From positions 1 to 32,773 of the forward strand of contig JBGAIN010000089.1 of assembly GCA_044225505.1 (NCBI GenBank): a stretch of 32,773 bases of DNA, given 5' to 3'. A model generated the notes under the pieces. That model saw nothing but the letters and a program-made list of their open reading frames with translations, searched no databases and was not told the DNA's origin. The position numbers and the translations under genes were made by a program. Positions 1-8,825 of this stretch are shown one piece after another. How positions within the stretch are numbered: position 1 is the stretch's first letter; the number at the start of each line of letters is the position of its first letter. Origin of the DNA: Limisphaerales bacterium (GTDB lineage: Bacteria; Verrucomicrobiota; Verrucomicrobiia; Limisphaerales; SIBE01).

Positions 1-1
1 G

Positions 2-358
2 GACATTGGCTGGAGCAGCCTCATGATCTTGCCGATCCCCGCAATTACGCTTTTTGGGGTCGCGACCTTTGTCTTGGATGTGCTGGCCATCGTCTGGGTG
101 GGAATGTGGATGGGAATAACCCAAGTCCGTCCTTTGCAGGCATTCGCAAAAACGGTGCTCTATGTTATGATCATTCCCACTGTGGCTTTCTGCCTGCCCA
201 ACATTCTTTTTGATTTGTTCTGGATGAGTTGGGCTCGGCGAAACCTTGAGCAAGGCTTTCGCTGCGCAGCCGCCCATCGTTATGCGACTGATTCTAAGAT
301 GCCCGCAGCGACTCTCTCCGCGCCACCTCGTTTCGCTCCACCGATCATTTGCACTTGA
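2..358 (+). CDS. Partial (5'-truncated) membrane protein, C-terminal part; possibly ABC-2 permease-like
   Basis: Frame is open from base 2 (DIGWSSLMILP...) so the gene starts before the window. Two to three hydrophobic helices (ITLFGVATFVLDVLAIVWVGMWMG; VLYVMIIPTVAFCL). The family call is weak. Confidence 0.6.
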   Translation, partial: DIGWSSLMILPIPAITLFGVATFVLDVLAIVWVGMWMGITQVRPLQAFAKTVLYVMIIPTVAFCLPNILFDLFWMSWARRNLEQGFRCAAAHRYATDSKMPAATLSAPPRFAPPIICT

Positions 359-403
359 ATCCGTTGTAGCCAAATTGTCCTCGAAAACGTCTCTACGCGT
401 GTG

Positions 404-1453
404 ATGGCTCACTCCCGGAGTCTCAAGTTCATTTCAGCGAGCGTGGCAGCTTTAATGCTGATAGGCCCCATGGGCCTTGCGGCGGACGTCTTAGCCAGCA
501 AACCTGCCATCGGAGACCGACGTTCGGTGCCGAAGGTTTTTCGCAAAAGCCTGCCAAACGGGCTCGAGGAGCTGAAGGCGATGGAAGGCCATATTCAAGG
601 GATTGTGCGAGAAGTCGCACCTGCGGTCATCTCAGTGCGCGTTGAAAACAATGTCGGGACTGCCGTCATCATTTCGACGAATGGCCTCGTATTGTGCGCT
701 GCTCACGTCTGTGGCGCACCTCATCGGACCGTTGAATTCACCTTTGCCGACGGGAGGATTGCGCGGGGCGAAACGCTAGGCACAAATCATGAGATGGATT
801 CTGGCCTGATGCGGATCACGGACCCAGGTCCTTGGTCCGCCGTAACACTCGCAAATCCAGACAGTCCAGAGGTTGGCGATTGGGTTCTCGCGCTGGGTCA
901 TCCTGGAGGGTTTGACGTTAACCGACCTGTCGTGGCTCGCCTCGGTAGGGTCATTGCCCTGGGCGAATTGTTACGCACAGATTGCACGTTAATCAGCGGA
1001 GACTCCGGCGGTCCGCTCTTTGACATGCACGGTCGCGTTGTCGGCATCCATAGTCGCATTAGCAAGTCGACGGCAGACAATTATCATGTGCCAATCGGAA
1101 CGTTTCTGGAAACGTGGGAGAGGTTAGTTCGTGGCGACAATTGGGGGTCTAAGCCAGCTCCTCAATGGTCGACGATCGGCGTTCGCGGTGTGGATGCCTC
1201 TCAAGGATGCCGATTGGAATATGTCCGCGACAATGGCCCAGCGGCAACTGCCGGGCTCCAAGTCGGTGACGTCGTGACCCAGGTCAACACGGAGACAATT
1301 ACCGACGCAGAAAGTTTCGAGCATTCCATCCGTCAACTGAGCCCTGGAGATGAAGCGGTGATTCGTTTGAGTCGCCAACAAACAGAACTTATCTTGCGCG
1401 TTAAGGCGGAGTTGAAGCCGAATTCTCCTCGTCGCTTCCGCTCGCCCAGGTAA
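404..1453 (+). CDS. HtrA/DegP-like S1C serine protease with C-terminal PDZ domain and signal peptide
   Basis: Intact triad motifs CAAHV (His), MDSG (Asp), GDSGGP (Ser). PDZ-like C-terminus (IGVRG...GPAATAGLQVGDVV). Hydrophobic N-terminal signal. Confidence 0.92.
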   Translation: MAHSRSLKFISASVAALMLIGPMGLAADVLASKPAIGDRRSVPKVFRKSLPNGLEELKAMEGHIQGIVREVAPAVISVRVENNVGTAVIISTNGLVLCAAHVCGAPHRTVEFTFADGRIARGETLGTNHEMDSGLMRITDPGPWSAVTLANPDSPEVGDWVLALGHPGGFDVNRPVVARLGRVIALGELLRTDCTLISGDSGGPLFDMHGRVVGIHSRISKSTADNYHVPIGTFLETWERLVRGDNWGSKPAPQWSTIGVRGVDASQGCRLEYVRDNGPAATAGLQVGDVVTQVNTETITDAESFEHSIRQLSPGDEAVIRLSRQQTELILRVKAELKPNSPRRFRSPR

Positions 1454-1466
1454 ACCTTCGATCATT

Positions 1467-2540
1467 ATGCCCCTTTCCTGCATTCCATTGCGTGTTCTGT
1501 TGCTTCTGGGGGGCCTGTTGCTCGCTCCGTCATCTTGGGCTGATCATCGTCGCCCACATCACGGTGATGAACTCGCAGAGCAAGATACCAAAGGTGGCAC
1601 CGCTTTCCTGCGAGTCTTTGGCCCAGCAACCGAGGGTGTGCGACGCTCAATCGTTCAATTTGAAATCGATGGTCGGAGCGTTGGTTTTGGCGCCGTCCTA
1701 GATGCGAACGGTGAAGTGATTACGAAGGCAAGCGAACTGACCTCCGGAAGCCTCACCTGCCGATTCACTGATCACGCAGAGTCTTTCTCGGCCAAGGTCG
1801 TCGCCATCGATGAAGACAACGATTTGGCCTTGGTCATTGTCCGCGCCCCTGGAATTAAACCGGTCGCGTGGGCGACAAACGATATTGCCATCGGCCAATG
1901 GGCCATCACTCCAGGCCTCGAACCGATTCCAGCCGCTGTCGGCGTCATCAGTGCTACACCGCGAAAAATTCTGCCGAAGCGTGCTTACCTGGGTATTCTG
2001 CCGGACTTCGGAGCCAAGTCGGCACGAATACGGGATGTCATGCCAGGTTTCGGCGCCGAAAAGGCCGGACTTAAAGCCGGTGACGTCATCTTGACGCTTG
2101 ACTCGAAGAAAATGAACAACGGCAAAGAATTGGTCGATGCCCTCAGGATTTATCGAGACGGGCAAAGCGTAAAACTCTCCGTCTTGCGTGGAGAAGAACA
2201 GCTGGAGTTTAGCATTCAGATGATGGTCCCAAAGCCGGAGCGGCCGGTTCGCGGAGTTGATCGCCAAGAGCGCATGAATCGCTTGGGGAGTCAGTTAAGT
2301 CGGCGCGCGGAAGGTTTTCAGCTGGCCATCCAACACGACTCGGTTCTACAACCTTGGCAATGCGGCGGCCCCCTGCTCAATCTCGAAGGTCGCGCCATCG
2401 GACTCAACATCGCGCGCGCCGGGCGAATAGCATCTTACGCTTTGCCTGCGGATCTCTTGCTGACGCTGGTCGACCGATTGAAGGAGCGGATGGAAGTCGC
2501 TGCTCAAATTGAAGCAGGAAAGGCTTCGCAACCCCATTGA
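1467..2540 (+). CDS. HtrA-like trypsin-fold protein with a PDZ domain inserted in the protease domain; catalytic His lost and Ser replaced by Cys
   Basis: ITKASE sits at the TxxH position, followed by NDLAL and GVISA. A PDZ (AYLGI...GAEKAGLKAGDVIL) follows, then the protease resumes (IQHD...QCGGPLLNLEGRAIGLN). Starts 13 bp after the previous gene. Confidence 0.85.
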   Translation: MPLSCIPLRVLLLLGGLLLAPSSWADHRRPHHGDELAEQDTKGGTAFLRVFGPATEGVRRSIVQFEIDGRSVGFGAVLDANGEVITKASELTSGSLTCRFTDHAESFSAKVVAIDEDNDLALVIVRAPGIKPVAWATNDIAIGQWAITPGLEPIPAAVGVISATPRKILPKRAYLGILPDFGAKSARIRDVMPGFGAEKAGLKAGDVILTLDSKKMNNGKELVDALRIYRDGQSVKLSVLRGEEQLEFSIQMMVPKPERPVRGVDRQERMNRLGSQLSRRAEGFQLAIQHDSVLQPWQCGGPLLNLEGRAIGLNIARAGRIASYALPADLLLTLVDRLKERMEVAAQIEAGKASQPH

Positions 2541-3201
2541 CCTTCCAAGACCGGGGCTGCGCATTGCTCCGAGCTACGGGGCGCAAACGGTCGTTGATCA
2601 TCGCACTACGTTGAACTCAGCCCCATGACGTTGCCCACCCTCGCAGAAGGTCCGATCGAGACGAGGAAAGGGCGTGGATTTTCCCAAGCTTAGGTATTCG
2701 AACCAAAGGTGCCGTTTCAACGATCGAGTGAAACATTCGAGTGGCATGAGGTGTTTTATAATTGTTGCCGATCCAAGCGACGCCGGTGTGATTTCAGCCG
2801 AATGGTTTGAAAGTGCCGGAATCTTCTTGGAGAGAGCTGCTTGCGTGAGATCAGCGATGCGCAGGCAGCGCTTTCGGAGATAATGACCGGCGCCGTTTGT
2901 TGCTCGGTCGGAAAGATCGGCGTTTGCCGACGGGGACGGGAATCTCGCTTCCGCGACGATCAGGACTCAGTAAGAACTGATGCCGAACCGTGAATTCGAG
3001 TGCTTTGGGCAACGTCAAGATATGGTGAGTAGCGTGCTATGAAATTACGTTGGATCGATACAAAATCACAGCGGCTTCAGGAAGTGTGCATCGATTTGGG
3101 CAGCATTCTGAAACCTGAGGGTGACCGAACACCGCTGCCCAGTGTGAGCCAGCCATTACCTGAGGTCCGAATTCATCCGGTCGACCTGGCCGCCGCGCCA
3201 G

Positions 3202-4068
3202 TCACCGACGACTCGACGTCCGCTCTGCTAGCCAAATCATGTCCTGGTTATTGGGAGACGAGACGTTAAGCGGGAGTTGACTATTGTATTTCGGCGCTGG
3301 CTTGGTTCTGGCATCAACCCATTTTCGGATTTCAGCGTGGCCATCGGCAAATGAAATCCCGGCCGCGCCATTGTGGTAACTCGCAGGGTAATCAATGATT
3401 CTCGCGGAGCCCGGGTTTTCAACCATCATATTGGCAAACCCGCCCGCGTTAATGCCATCCGGATGCTCATCCACTAGAACCCAGCAAAGAGACGGTGAAG
3501 GGCTAACAATATCGGCCGTCTTGTAATACACCCGATACTTCTTTGAGCTGACGTTTGCTTGAAACCCAGCCGGGTCAAGCCAGTCGCCCGGCCCGAACGC
3601 CTGACTCATCGACATACTGCGAACTCTCGGATACGTCCGACCGCCAATTTTCACCACACTTCGATCCGCTGGACATTTATAAACTTCGACCTCAGTCAGG
3701 TAACTGGCAAATTTCGATCGATTCGGATCCTTTAACGCCAGCGTATTGGTATTGTCGCGGTTGCCACCCGAAAAATCCAACCAGCCATCCACCCAAGCGG
3801 TCGACTCGACCGGCTGAGTATAGCCGGAGGTCGTTGTCTTGTCGTTATTATCGTCGGCGTACAAGTGCCAAACGAGCTGCAATTGTTTGAGATTACTCAT
3901 GCACTTGATGCCTTGGGCCTTCGTCTTGGCCTTCGCAAGCGCGGGTAGAAGCATCCCTGCCAGAATGGCGATGATTGCAATGACGACCAGGAGTTCGATC
4001 AAAGTGAAGCCATCTCCTCGGAGAAATCGCGAGGAAACAAAATGGCATCGAGTCGTCGGTGGTTTCAT
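3202..4068 (-). CDS. Prepilin-type N-terminal cleavage/methylation protein with H-X9-DG C-terminal motif (DUF1559-like)
   Basis: Class III signal [29 protein letters not shown], then [14 protein letters not shown], and [13 protein letters not shown] (H-X9-DG). Start chosen at ATG 4068; the ORF extends to 4272. Confidence 0.9.
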   Translation of the reverse strand: MKPPTTRCHFVSSRFLRGDGFTLIELLVVIAIIAILAGMLLPALAKAKTKAQGIKCMSNLKQLQLVWHLYADDNNDKTTTSGYTQPVESTAWVDGWLDFSGGNRDNTNTLALKDPNRSKFASYLTEVEVYKCPADRSVVKIGGRTYPRVRSMSMSQAFGPGDWLDPAGFQANVSSKKYRVYYKTADIVSPSPSLCWVLVDEHPDGINAGGFANMMVENPGSARIIDYPASYHNGAAGISFADGHAEIRKWVDARTKPAPKYNSQLPLNVSSPNNQDMIWLAERTSSRR

Positions 4069-4285
4069 GACAACAACTCCAATATTTCGGGTACTCTTAG
4101 ACCCGATGCGATGCTGTTCGGGAGCGGCGATGTCCATTTGTTGATGATTCCATAGCGTTTCATTCAAAAACAAAAATGCAAGATAATTGCCGGTCAGTCC
4201 CGATGGAGGCATGACCTGAGTCGTTAGACGTTTGCCGCTCGTTGCGGGTCGATTCGTCTGACGGTCAATCACAGATGGTCCTCGC

Positions 4286-5092
4286 CTAGACCAAGTCCTG
4301 TTCCAAACGCGCTATTTCTTGGCTGACCAGTTTGCCGATCCGGTGCTTTGCCAGATAGACTTGGTTCCGCGTGACACCCAGGCGAGAAATGATTTCCTCC
4401 ATCGCGACACCTTTTGTCACATAAAGGAAATAGGCTTGGTACTGCTTTGGCTTCACCCGTCGCTTGACCCGTTCCAACGCAGCGTCATGGAGATTGTGTT
4501 TCCACTCGGCTTCGTAGATCTCGTCGACTTCCGCACTGCGCGGGTCTGGGATTCGCTCCGCCGTGGAAGTTCGGTGCGTTCCAGATTTCGTTTTTGGATT
4601 GTCCAAAGGCTCGCAATCTTTGACTCGCGCCCGGAACTGGTCGGCAATATGCCAACGCGTCGTGTGCAGCAGCCAACTCTTAAACGAACCGACGTTGGGA
4701 TCATACTGAAAACTCGGCATGTTTTTGGCCACGTGACAGAAAGTCTCCTGCACCGCGTCCTGAGCTTCTGGTTCGGTGAGGCCGGCACGGCGAGCAACGC
4801 TGTAAACCAGCCGCCGGTAAATGTCGTAGAACTCACGCCAACTCTCGTGATTACCGACATCCTTAACGCGAGCAAGCAAGCTAGCACGCGTGGCGATCGA
4901 CGGAAAAGATCGGCGATTCATAGGCCTATCTGGATCCACTGGAACACGCCTGTGACGAACCCATCTATGATGCTTCAGAATGGGCTGGTATTTCAAGCCT
5001 GGACCGCTGGGCTCAGTTGATTTTTCACCGGAGGGTGAGGGTGGCGTTCGCATAGTGGGCGTGTGTCGATCCATCCGCTTCTCCTGAGTCAC
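4286..5092 (-). CDS. ECF-type RNA polymerase sigma-70 factor (PVC type usually linked to Ser/Thr kinases)
   Basis: [41 protein letters not shown] (region 2) and a C-terminal HTH ([21 protein letters not shown]). Start is either GTG 5092 (GTGA overlap with the upstream stop) or ATG 4921. Confidence 0.9.
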   Translation of the reverse strand: MTQEKRMDRHTPTMRTPPSPSGEKSTEPSGPGLKYQPILKHHRWVRHRRVPVDPDRPMNRRSFPSIATRASLLARVKDVGNHESWREFYDIYRRLVYSVARRAGLTEPEAQDAVQETFCHVAKNMPSFQYDPNVGSFKSWLLHTTRWHIADQFRARVKDCEPLDNPKTKSGTHRTSTAERIPDPRSAEVDEIYEAEWKHNLHDAALERVKRRVKPKQYQAYFLYVTKGVAMEEIISRLGVTRNQVYLAKHRIGKLVSQEIARLEQDLV

Positions 5093-6327
5093 TCGACAGT
5101 CACAGCAATCAGGAACGGAGCGGAATCAGCTTTTGAGGAACCAAAACTCAAAGAAGTCACCACGACGTCTGGAAGGGAATTCGTCCAGGTCGTATGGAAC
5201 AGGCGCAATAGCCGATTCTTCGCCTTTGCAGCGTCATTGACCCCCTCCCAGGCAATCTGGGCCTTTTCCGAACGGGGTTCATTAGGATCGAACCACCAGT
5301 CAAGAACGTCTTTCCCGTAAATGATCGGGGCATTTATCGCGGGGCGCTCTTGGTAATGTATTTGGTAGTAGCCTATCTCCTCCCCTGTCTTGGCCGAGTA
5401 AGCCGCACCGTGAAAGAAATGGATCTTTCGACATTTCTGGCCAACTCGGATGCCATCGACCTTATCGGGAAATGTTCCTGCAAATAGCTTGCCACTCAGT
5501 TGAATCAACCCATGCACGTCAAATTCAATATCGACTGGAATCAGGCGAATTCGCCCTTGCGGCAACTGCACCAGGTTGTTTCCAGGAATACCGGACGGTT
5601 GCCAGTCTTCGTTGAGTGACGAGGTATAGTGACTTCTGAGATCGATAAAGTAGCTCGGCAACTGTGGATCCCGAGCCAGAAGGCGTTCTGGCTGACGAGA
5701 AGCGCTGAGGGGTTGATTCGCAAACAACTTGCCTGGCAACAGATCGCTGAATTGCACAAAATCGACATAATTCTCTTCCCAATCTTCGCCGCTAAAGTAA
5801 ACGCGCCCTCCGAGGGACAAGTTCAGAATCGGCCGGTGTGCAAAGCAGCGAACAATCGGGACTTCGGCCGCTTTCAAACCCATTTGACCGACTTGCCGCT
5901 TTTTGTACTCCTGGACGGTTGTTTTCACCCCGTCCTGCAAGGCATACTCTGCGCCCGAGAACTCGTATCCATACGAGATCGGCAGGACTGGATCTGTGAA
6001 TACTTCGCCACGAACCCCATCGCGCCACGTGAAAAAATCGCGAGACTTTTCAACCACAGGGCAGATGAACTCTTTTGGATCGTCGATAAACTCGGGGTGC
6101 AAATCGGATAGCCACTTGGGAAGACACTTGTGCCTTCGTTGATATTCTACGAGAGCTTCATGAATCTTATTCAGGTGAACTTTGCACGCTGCTGCGTCGC
6201 TAGGGTCCCGGCTAATGGGCGGTTGCTTGGCGTCGCCAGTTTCCGCGGCCTGGGAAAACCCGCGCGACACCATCCACGCGCTCAGAAAAAGACACTGAAC
6301 AATCTGACTTTTGATCCTATTCATCAT
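5089..6327 (-). CDS. Secreted protein: signal peptide + pilin/DUF1559-like segment + C-terminal beta-rich domain of unknown function
   Basis: 412 aa ORF with SD-like AGGAAAG upstream and signal-like N-terminus (…RGFSQA). ACKVHLNKIHEALVEY...FICP resembles CMSNLKQL...YKCP of the prepilin protein. The C-terminal half is beta-rich and ends [10 protein letters not shown]. Confidence 0.75.
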   Translation of the reverse strand: MMNRIKSQIVQCLFLSAWMVSRGFSQAAETGDAKQPPISRDPSDAAACKVHLNKIHEALVEYQRRHKCLPKWLSDLHPEFIDDPKEFICPVVEKSRDFFTWRDGVRGEVFTDPVLPISYGYEFSGAEYALQDGVKTTVQEYKKRQVGQMGLKAAEVPIVRCFAHRPILNLSLGGRVYFSGEDWEENYVDFVQFSDLLPGKLFANQPLSASRQPERLLARDPQLPSYFIDLRSHYTSSLNEDWQPSGIPGNNLVQLPQGRIRLIPVDIEFDVHGLIQLSGKLFAGTFPDKVDGIRVGQKCRKIHFFHGAAYSAKTGEEIGYYQIHYQERPAINAPIIYGKDVLDWWFDPNEPRSEKAQIAWEGVNDAAKAKNRLLRLFHTTWTNSLPDVVVTSLSFGSSKADSAPFLIAVTVE

Positions 6328-6344
6328 AAGTTTCTGCTTTCCTG

Positions 6345-7091
6345 TTAACGGGGATCGGGAACCCGTTCACCTCGTCGCCGTTCCGTATTGATTGCGACTC
6401 CAGTCGGATGGATCCCGGCGATCTTCCAGCCGTGCTGCCGAATTGCCTCCCCGAGAAAAACGTCGTCTCCATGCCTTCGGAGCCGATAGTCTGGCCAATC
6501 AATCGCTCGGACGGCCGCAGACCGAATTAGCCAACAGCCTCCCAGAACAAAGATCCACCTCCCATCGCCACCGTTTTGGCCCCGGAAAAGAAACTCCCCT
6601 TTGCCACCCGGGCGCCAGGAGGGTGGTGGTAACCCGCGGTACCAAGATGCCGAGCGCACAAACTTGAGCACATCTTTGACCTCAGTAAACGCCATCGGAT
6701 GATCGCACTCTCCGAGTTCGCCCCACATGACCGTTTCTGCCGAAGAAGCCTCCGCCTCTCTCAGCCATCGAAGCCACGCCCCTGCATCGGTGATGAACGA
6801 ATCATCATCAAACCACCAAATATACTCCGTGCTCACTTGGGCGAAAAGTCGCCGCATCATCGGGCACTTGCTCAGATTCAAATCGCTGACGACGAGCTCA
6901 TCAATGCGATGCTCCACCTTGCTTTGACTCAGGAACTGCCGCGTCGGCTCACCGACCGCGTTTGCTCCAACGATTAGCTGGTAGGCCGATCGCGGCACGT
7001 TGTTCCAGATCGATGAAAGTACGCGTTCGGCTAAACGACAGTAATCGCCATAAACCAGAACGCAGATCGTCAAGGATTCAGAGCTCACCAT
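6345..7091 (-). CDS. GT-A fold (GT2-like) glycosyltransferase
   Basis: TICVLVYGDY first strand, EYIWWFDDDSF (DxD motif), GGCWLIR, and HGDDVFLG acidic motif. Start set at ATG 7091, 14 bp after the upstream stop; the ORF-track extension to 7226 overlaps the upstream gene. Confidence 0.8.
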   Translation of the reverse strand: MVSSESLTICVLVYGDYCRLAERVLSSIWNNVPRSAYQLIVGANAVGEPTRQFLSQSKVEHRIDELVVSDLNLSKCPMMRRLFAQVSTEYIWWFDDDSFITDAGAWLRWLREAEASSAETVMWGELGECDHPMAFTEVKDVLKFVRSASWYRGLPPPSWRPGGKGEFLFRGQNGGDGRWIFVLGGCWLIRSAAVRAIDWPDYRLRRHGDDVFLGEAIRQHGWKIAGIHPTGVAINTERRRGERVPDPR

Positions 7092-7105
7092 CGCTCTTAA
7101 AGGTG

Positions 7106-7729
7106 TTATGGGACAGTCACATGAGAGGAACTGGAGTGAGGGTTCCATTTGACAACGAATTTCACGCCTGTAATTCGAGCCGCAGCACCGGTGGGGTTTT
7201 CGATCACAGGATCCACGTAAAGCCATTTGATGACTCGGCCGTAGCCCGGTCCCCCGGGAGACGCCCCATTAGGAAACTCTGCATCGTCCAGCTCAGACAC
7301 GAAGTTAGCGTAGTCCATACGCGCTTGGCAGTAATCGGATTTCTCTTTTGCCTGATTAATCCGGTCGAGAAGCGCAATAATCTGTCGCAGCAAGAACGTA
7401 TAGAGCGTCTCGAGTCGTCGGTAGCCAGGCGCGCATTGGAGCAGCTTCTCGTTCGCCTTGAAATACGGACTGTCATCTTCAAGATGGCTGTAATCCGAAA
7501 GCGGATGCGGCACGAGGGTAGAGCCTTTCCCGCTGGGCGGTCCCGGATCTGTATTCGGTTTCTCTTCGAACTTCGCGGGAATCGGGCCAACCCGCGCCTC
7601 GGCCTTATTCCCTCTGGGAGCCGATCTCAAGAATTCTTCCAAGGTGGCTGGCGGAGACCAGACATAGATAGGAAACTTATGCTCTTCTTCGTGGGTATGT
7701 GCAGGTTTAGGCATACGTTTTGATTTCAT
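7106..7729 (-). CDS. Hypothetical protein B, ending in WNPHSSSSHVTVP
   Basis: Fills the gap between the two glycosyltransferases with overlapping or near-abutting junctions (alternative ATG 7714 gives an ATGCCTAA overlap). Shares a motif pattern with 8826..9353. Confidence 0.7.
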   Translation of the reverse strand: MKSKRMPKPAHTHEEEHKFPIYVWSPPATLEEFLRSAPRGNKAEARVGPIPAKFEEKPNTDPGPPSGKGSTLVPHPLSDYSHLEDDSPYFKANEKLLQCAPGYRRLETLYTFLLRQIIALLDRINQAKEKSDYCQARMDYANFVSELDDAEFPNGASPGGPGYGRVIKWLYVDPVIENPTGAAARITGVKFVVKWNPHSSSSHVTVP

Positions 7730-8822
7730 GATTAAGGGGTGATGCTTGACAGGCGTGCTTTCCCGGCGTGGGAGGTGGATTGCAGGTTAACGGCGGATTG
7801 GCGCCGCCCCGCTCCCAATCCGTGCGGCGGCGCAAAAACGGTTCGATCTCTGAAAATTGTAATGGCGACAACTGCGGCAAGCGGAATCCATCCAAGTAAA
7901 GCTCGACTTTCGCGACGACCTCCTCGGTTTTGATGTCAGCCATGCATCGCGGCAGGTTTTCGACCGTGTTCACGCAAAGAGCTTCTGGACGGTCATGCGC
8001 GTCTTCGTCTCCCAATGGCACGGAACGGGAACGCCAACAGCCACCGGTGGCGCAACAGGGCAATGTTCCGACGCGATGGAGGAACTGGTGGGTGGGGTAA
8101 GCTTCCCAGTGGGGGGACTCGCGACCGCCCGCAACGACTACACAGGGCCGTGATGGTGGAGCGTCAGGAGCCGGTTCCACCGCAGCCGCCAGATGCATCA
8201 GGAGAGTGACCGGGCAGAGCACGCCCTGCGCCGAATAAACCAGCCGAATTAGATCGCGAAGCCCGGTCCGAGATCGCAAATCAATGACTCCGTTCAATCC
8301 TGGATGATAGTGATGCGCTTCCCCAACTTGGACGAATAGCACACGCCCTCGGAGTTCATCCACAACCGATTGCCAACGGCGGGTATGCCACCACTTGATA
8401 GTGTAGTCATATTTGCCACCCGCAACGAGAATCCAATAAGGAACCTTCACCCCTGTGATCTCCTCCACCAAACTCGGAGCGCGCTTTTCGTCGTCCGAGA
8501 GGTGGATATCGCCCTTGAACAAGGTCGGCTGGAAGTTTAACCCAAGCTGTTCGTTGAGATATTCCGTGAACCCATGCAAGAAGTGTAGCGGCCGCCGATT
8601 GGATTGTTGGATTAGCGGGTAATGACAGCGGATTACCTCCGTTTGCTTCTCTTCCAGATCAAGCGCGGTGAGGTAAGGATTGTGACGCCACAGGTCGGGA
8701 CAGGATGTGCGAACATCCGTTTGAAAGCGCCTCGGGTACGCGGCATGAAGGTCTCGCACGGCCGCTGTTAGCATAACGATATCGCCGGGTGCCTGAAAGT
8801 TTGTGAGGATAAGTCGTCGCAT
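7707..8822 (-). CDS. GT9 (ADP-heptose heptosyltransferase-like) glycosyltransferase with Cys-rich C-terminal motif
   Basis: GT9 hallmarks: PGDIVMLTAAVRDL, NPYL, KWW..RRWQSVV, DLRSRTGLRDLIRLV, TLLMHLAAAV, PCVVV. C-terminal PCCATGGCW...LC...PRCM..I. Confidence 0.85.
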   Translation of the reverse strand: MRRLILTNFQAPGDIVMLTAAVRDLHAAYPRRFQTDVRTSCPDLWRHNPYLTALDLEEKQTEVIRCHYPLIQQSNRRPLHFLHGFTEYLNEQLGLNFQPTLFKGDIHLSDDEKRAPSLVEEITGVKVPYWILVAGGKYDYTIKWWHTRRWQSVVDELRGRVLFVQVGEAHHYHPGLNGVIDLRSRTGLRDLIRLVYSAQGVLCPVTLLMHLAAAVEPAPDAPPSRPCVVVAGGRESPHWEAYPTHQFLHRVGTLPCCATGGCWRSRSVPLGDEDAHDRPEALCVNTVENLPRCMADIKTEEVVAKVELYLDGFRLPQLSPLQFSEIEPFLRRRTDWERGGANPPLTCNPPPTPGKHACQASPLNHEIKTYA

Positions 8823-8825
8823 GGA

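Noticed and set aside
3039..3269. 76-aa plus-strand ORF converging on and overlapping the prepilin gene; also ORF 2674..2883 in the same gap
   Set aside because: No recognisable motif or clear RBS, and a 68-bp antisense overlap. Cannot be supported, though a small gene in the 2541-3201 gap is not excluded.
6962..7723. 253-aa plus-strand ORF opposite orphan B
   Set aside because: Antisense shadow. The minus-strand ORF fits the operon junctions and shares motifs with protein A.
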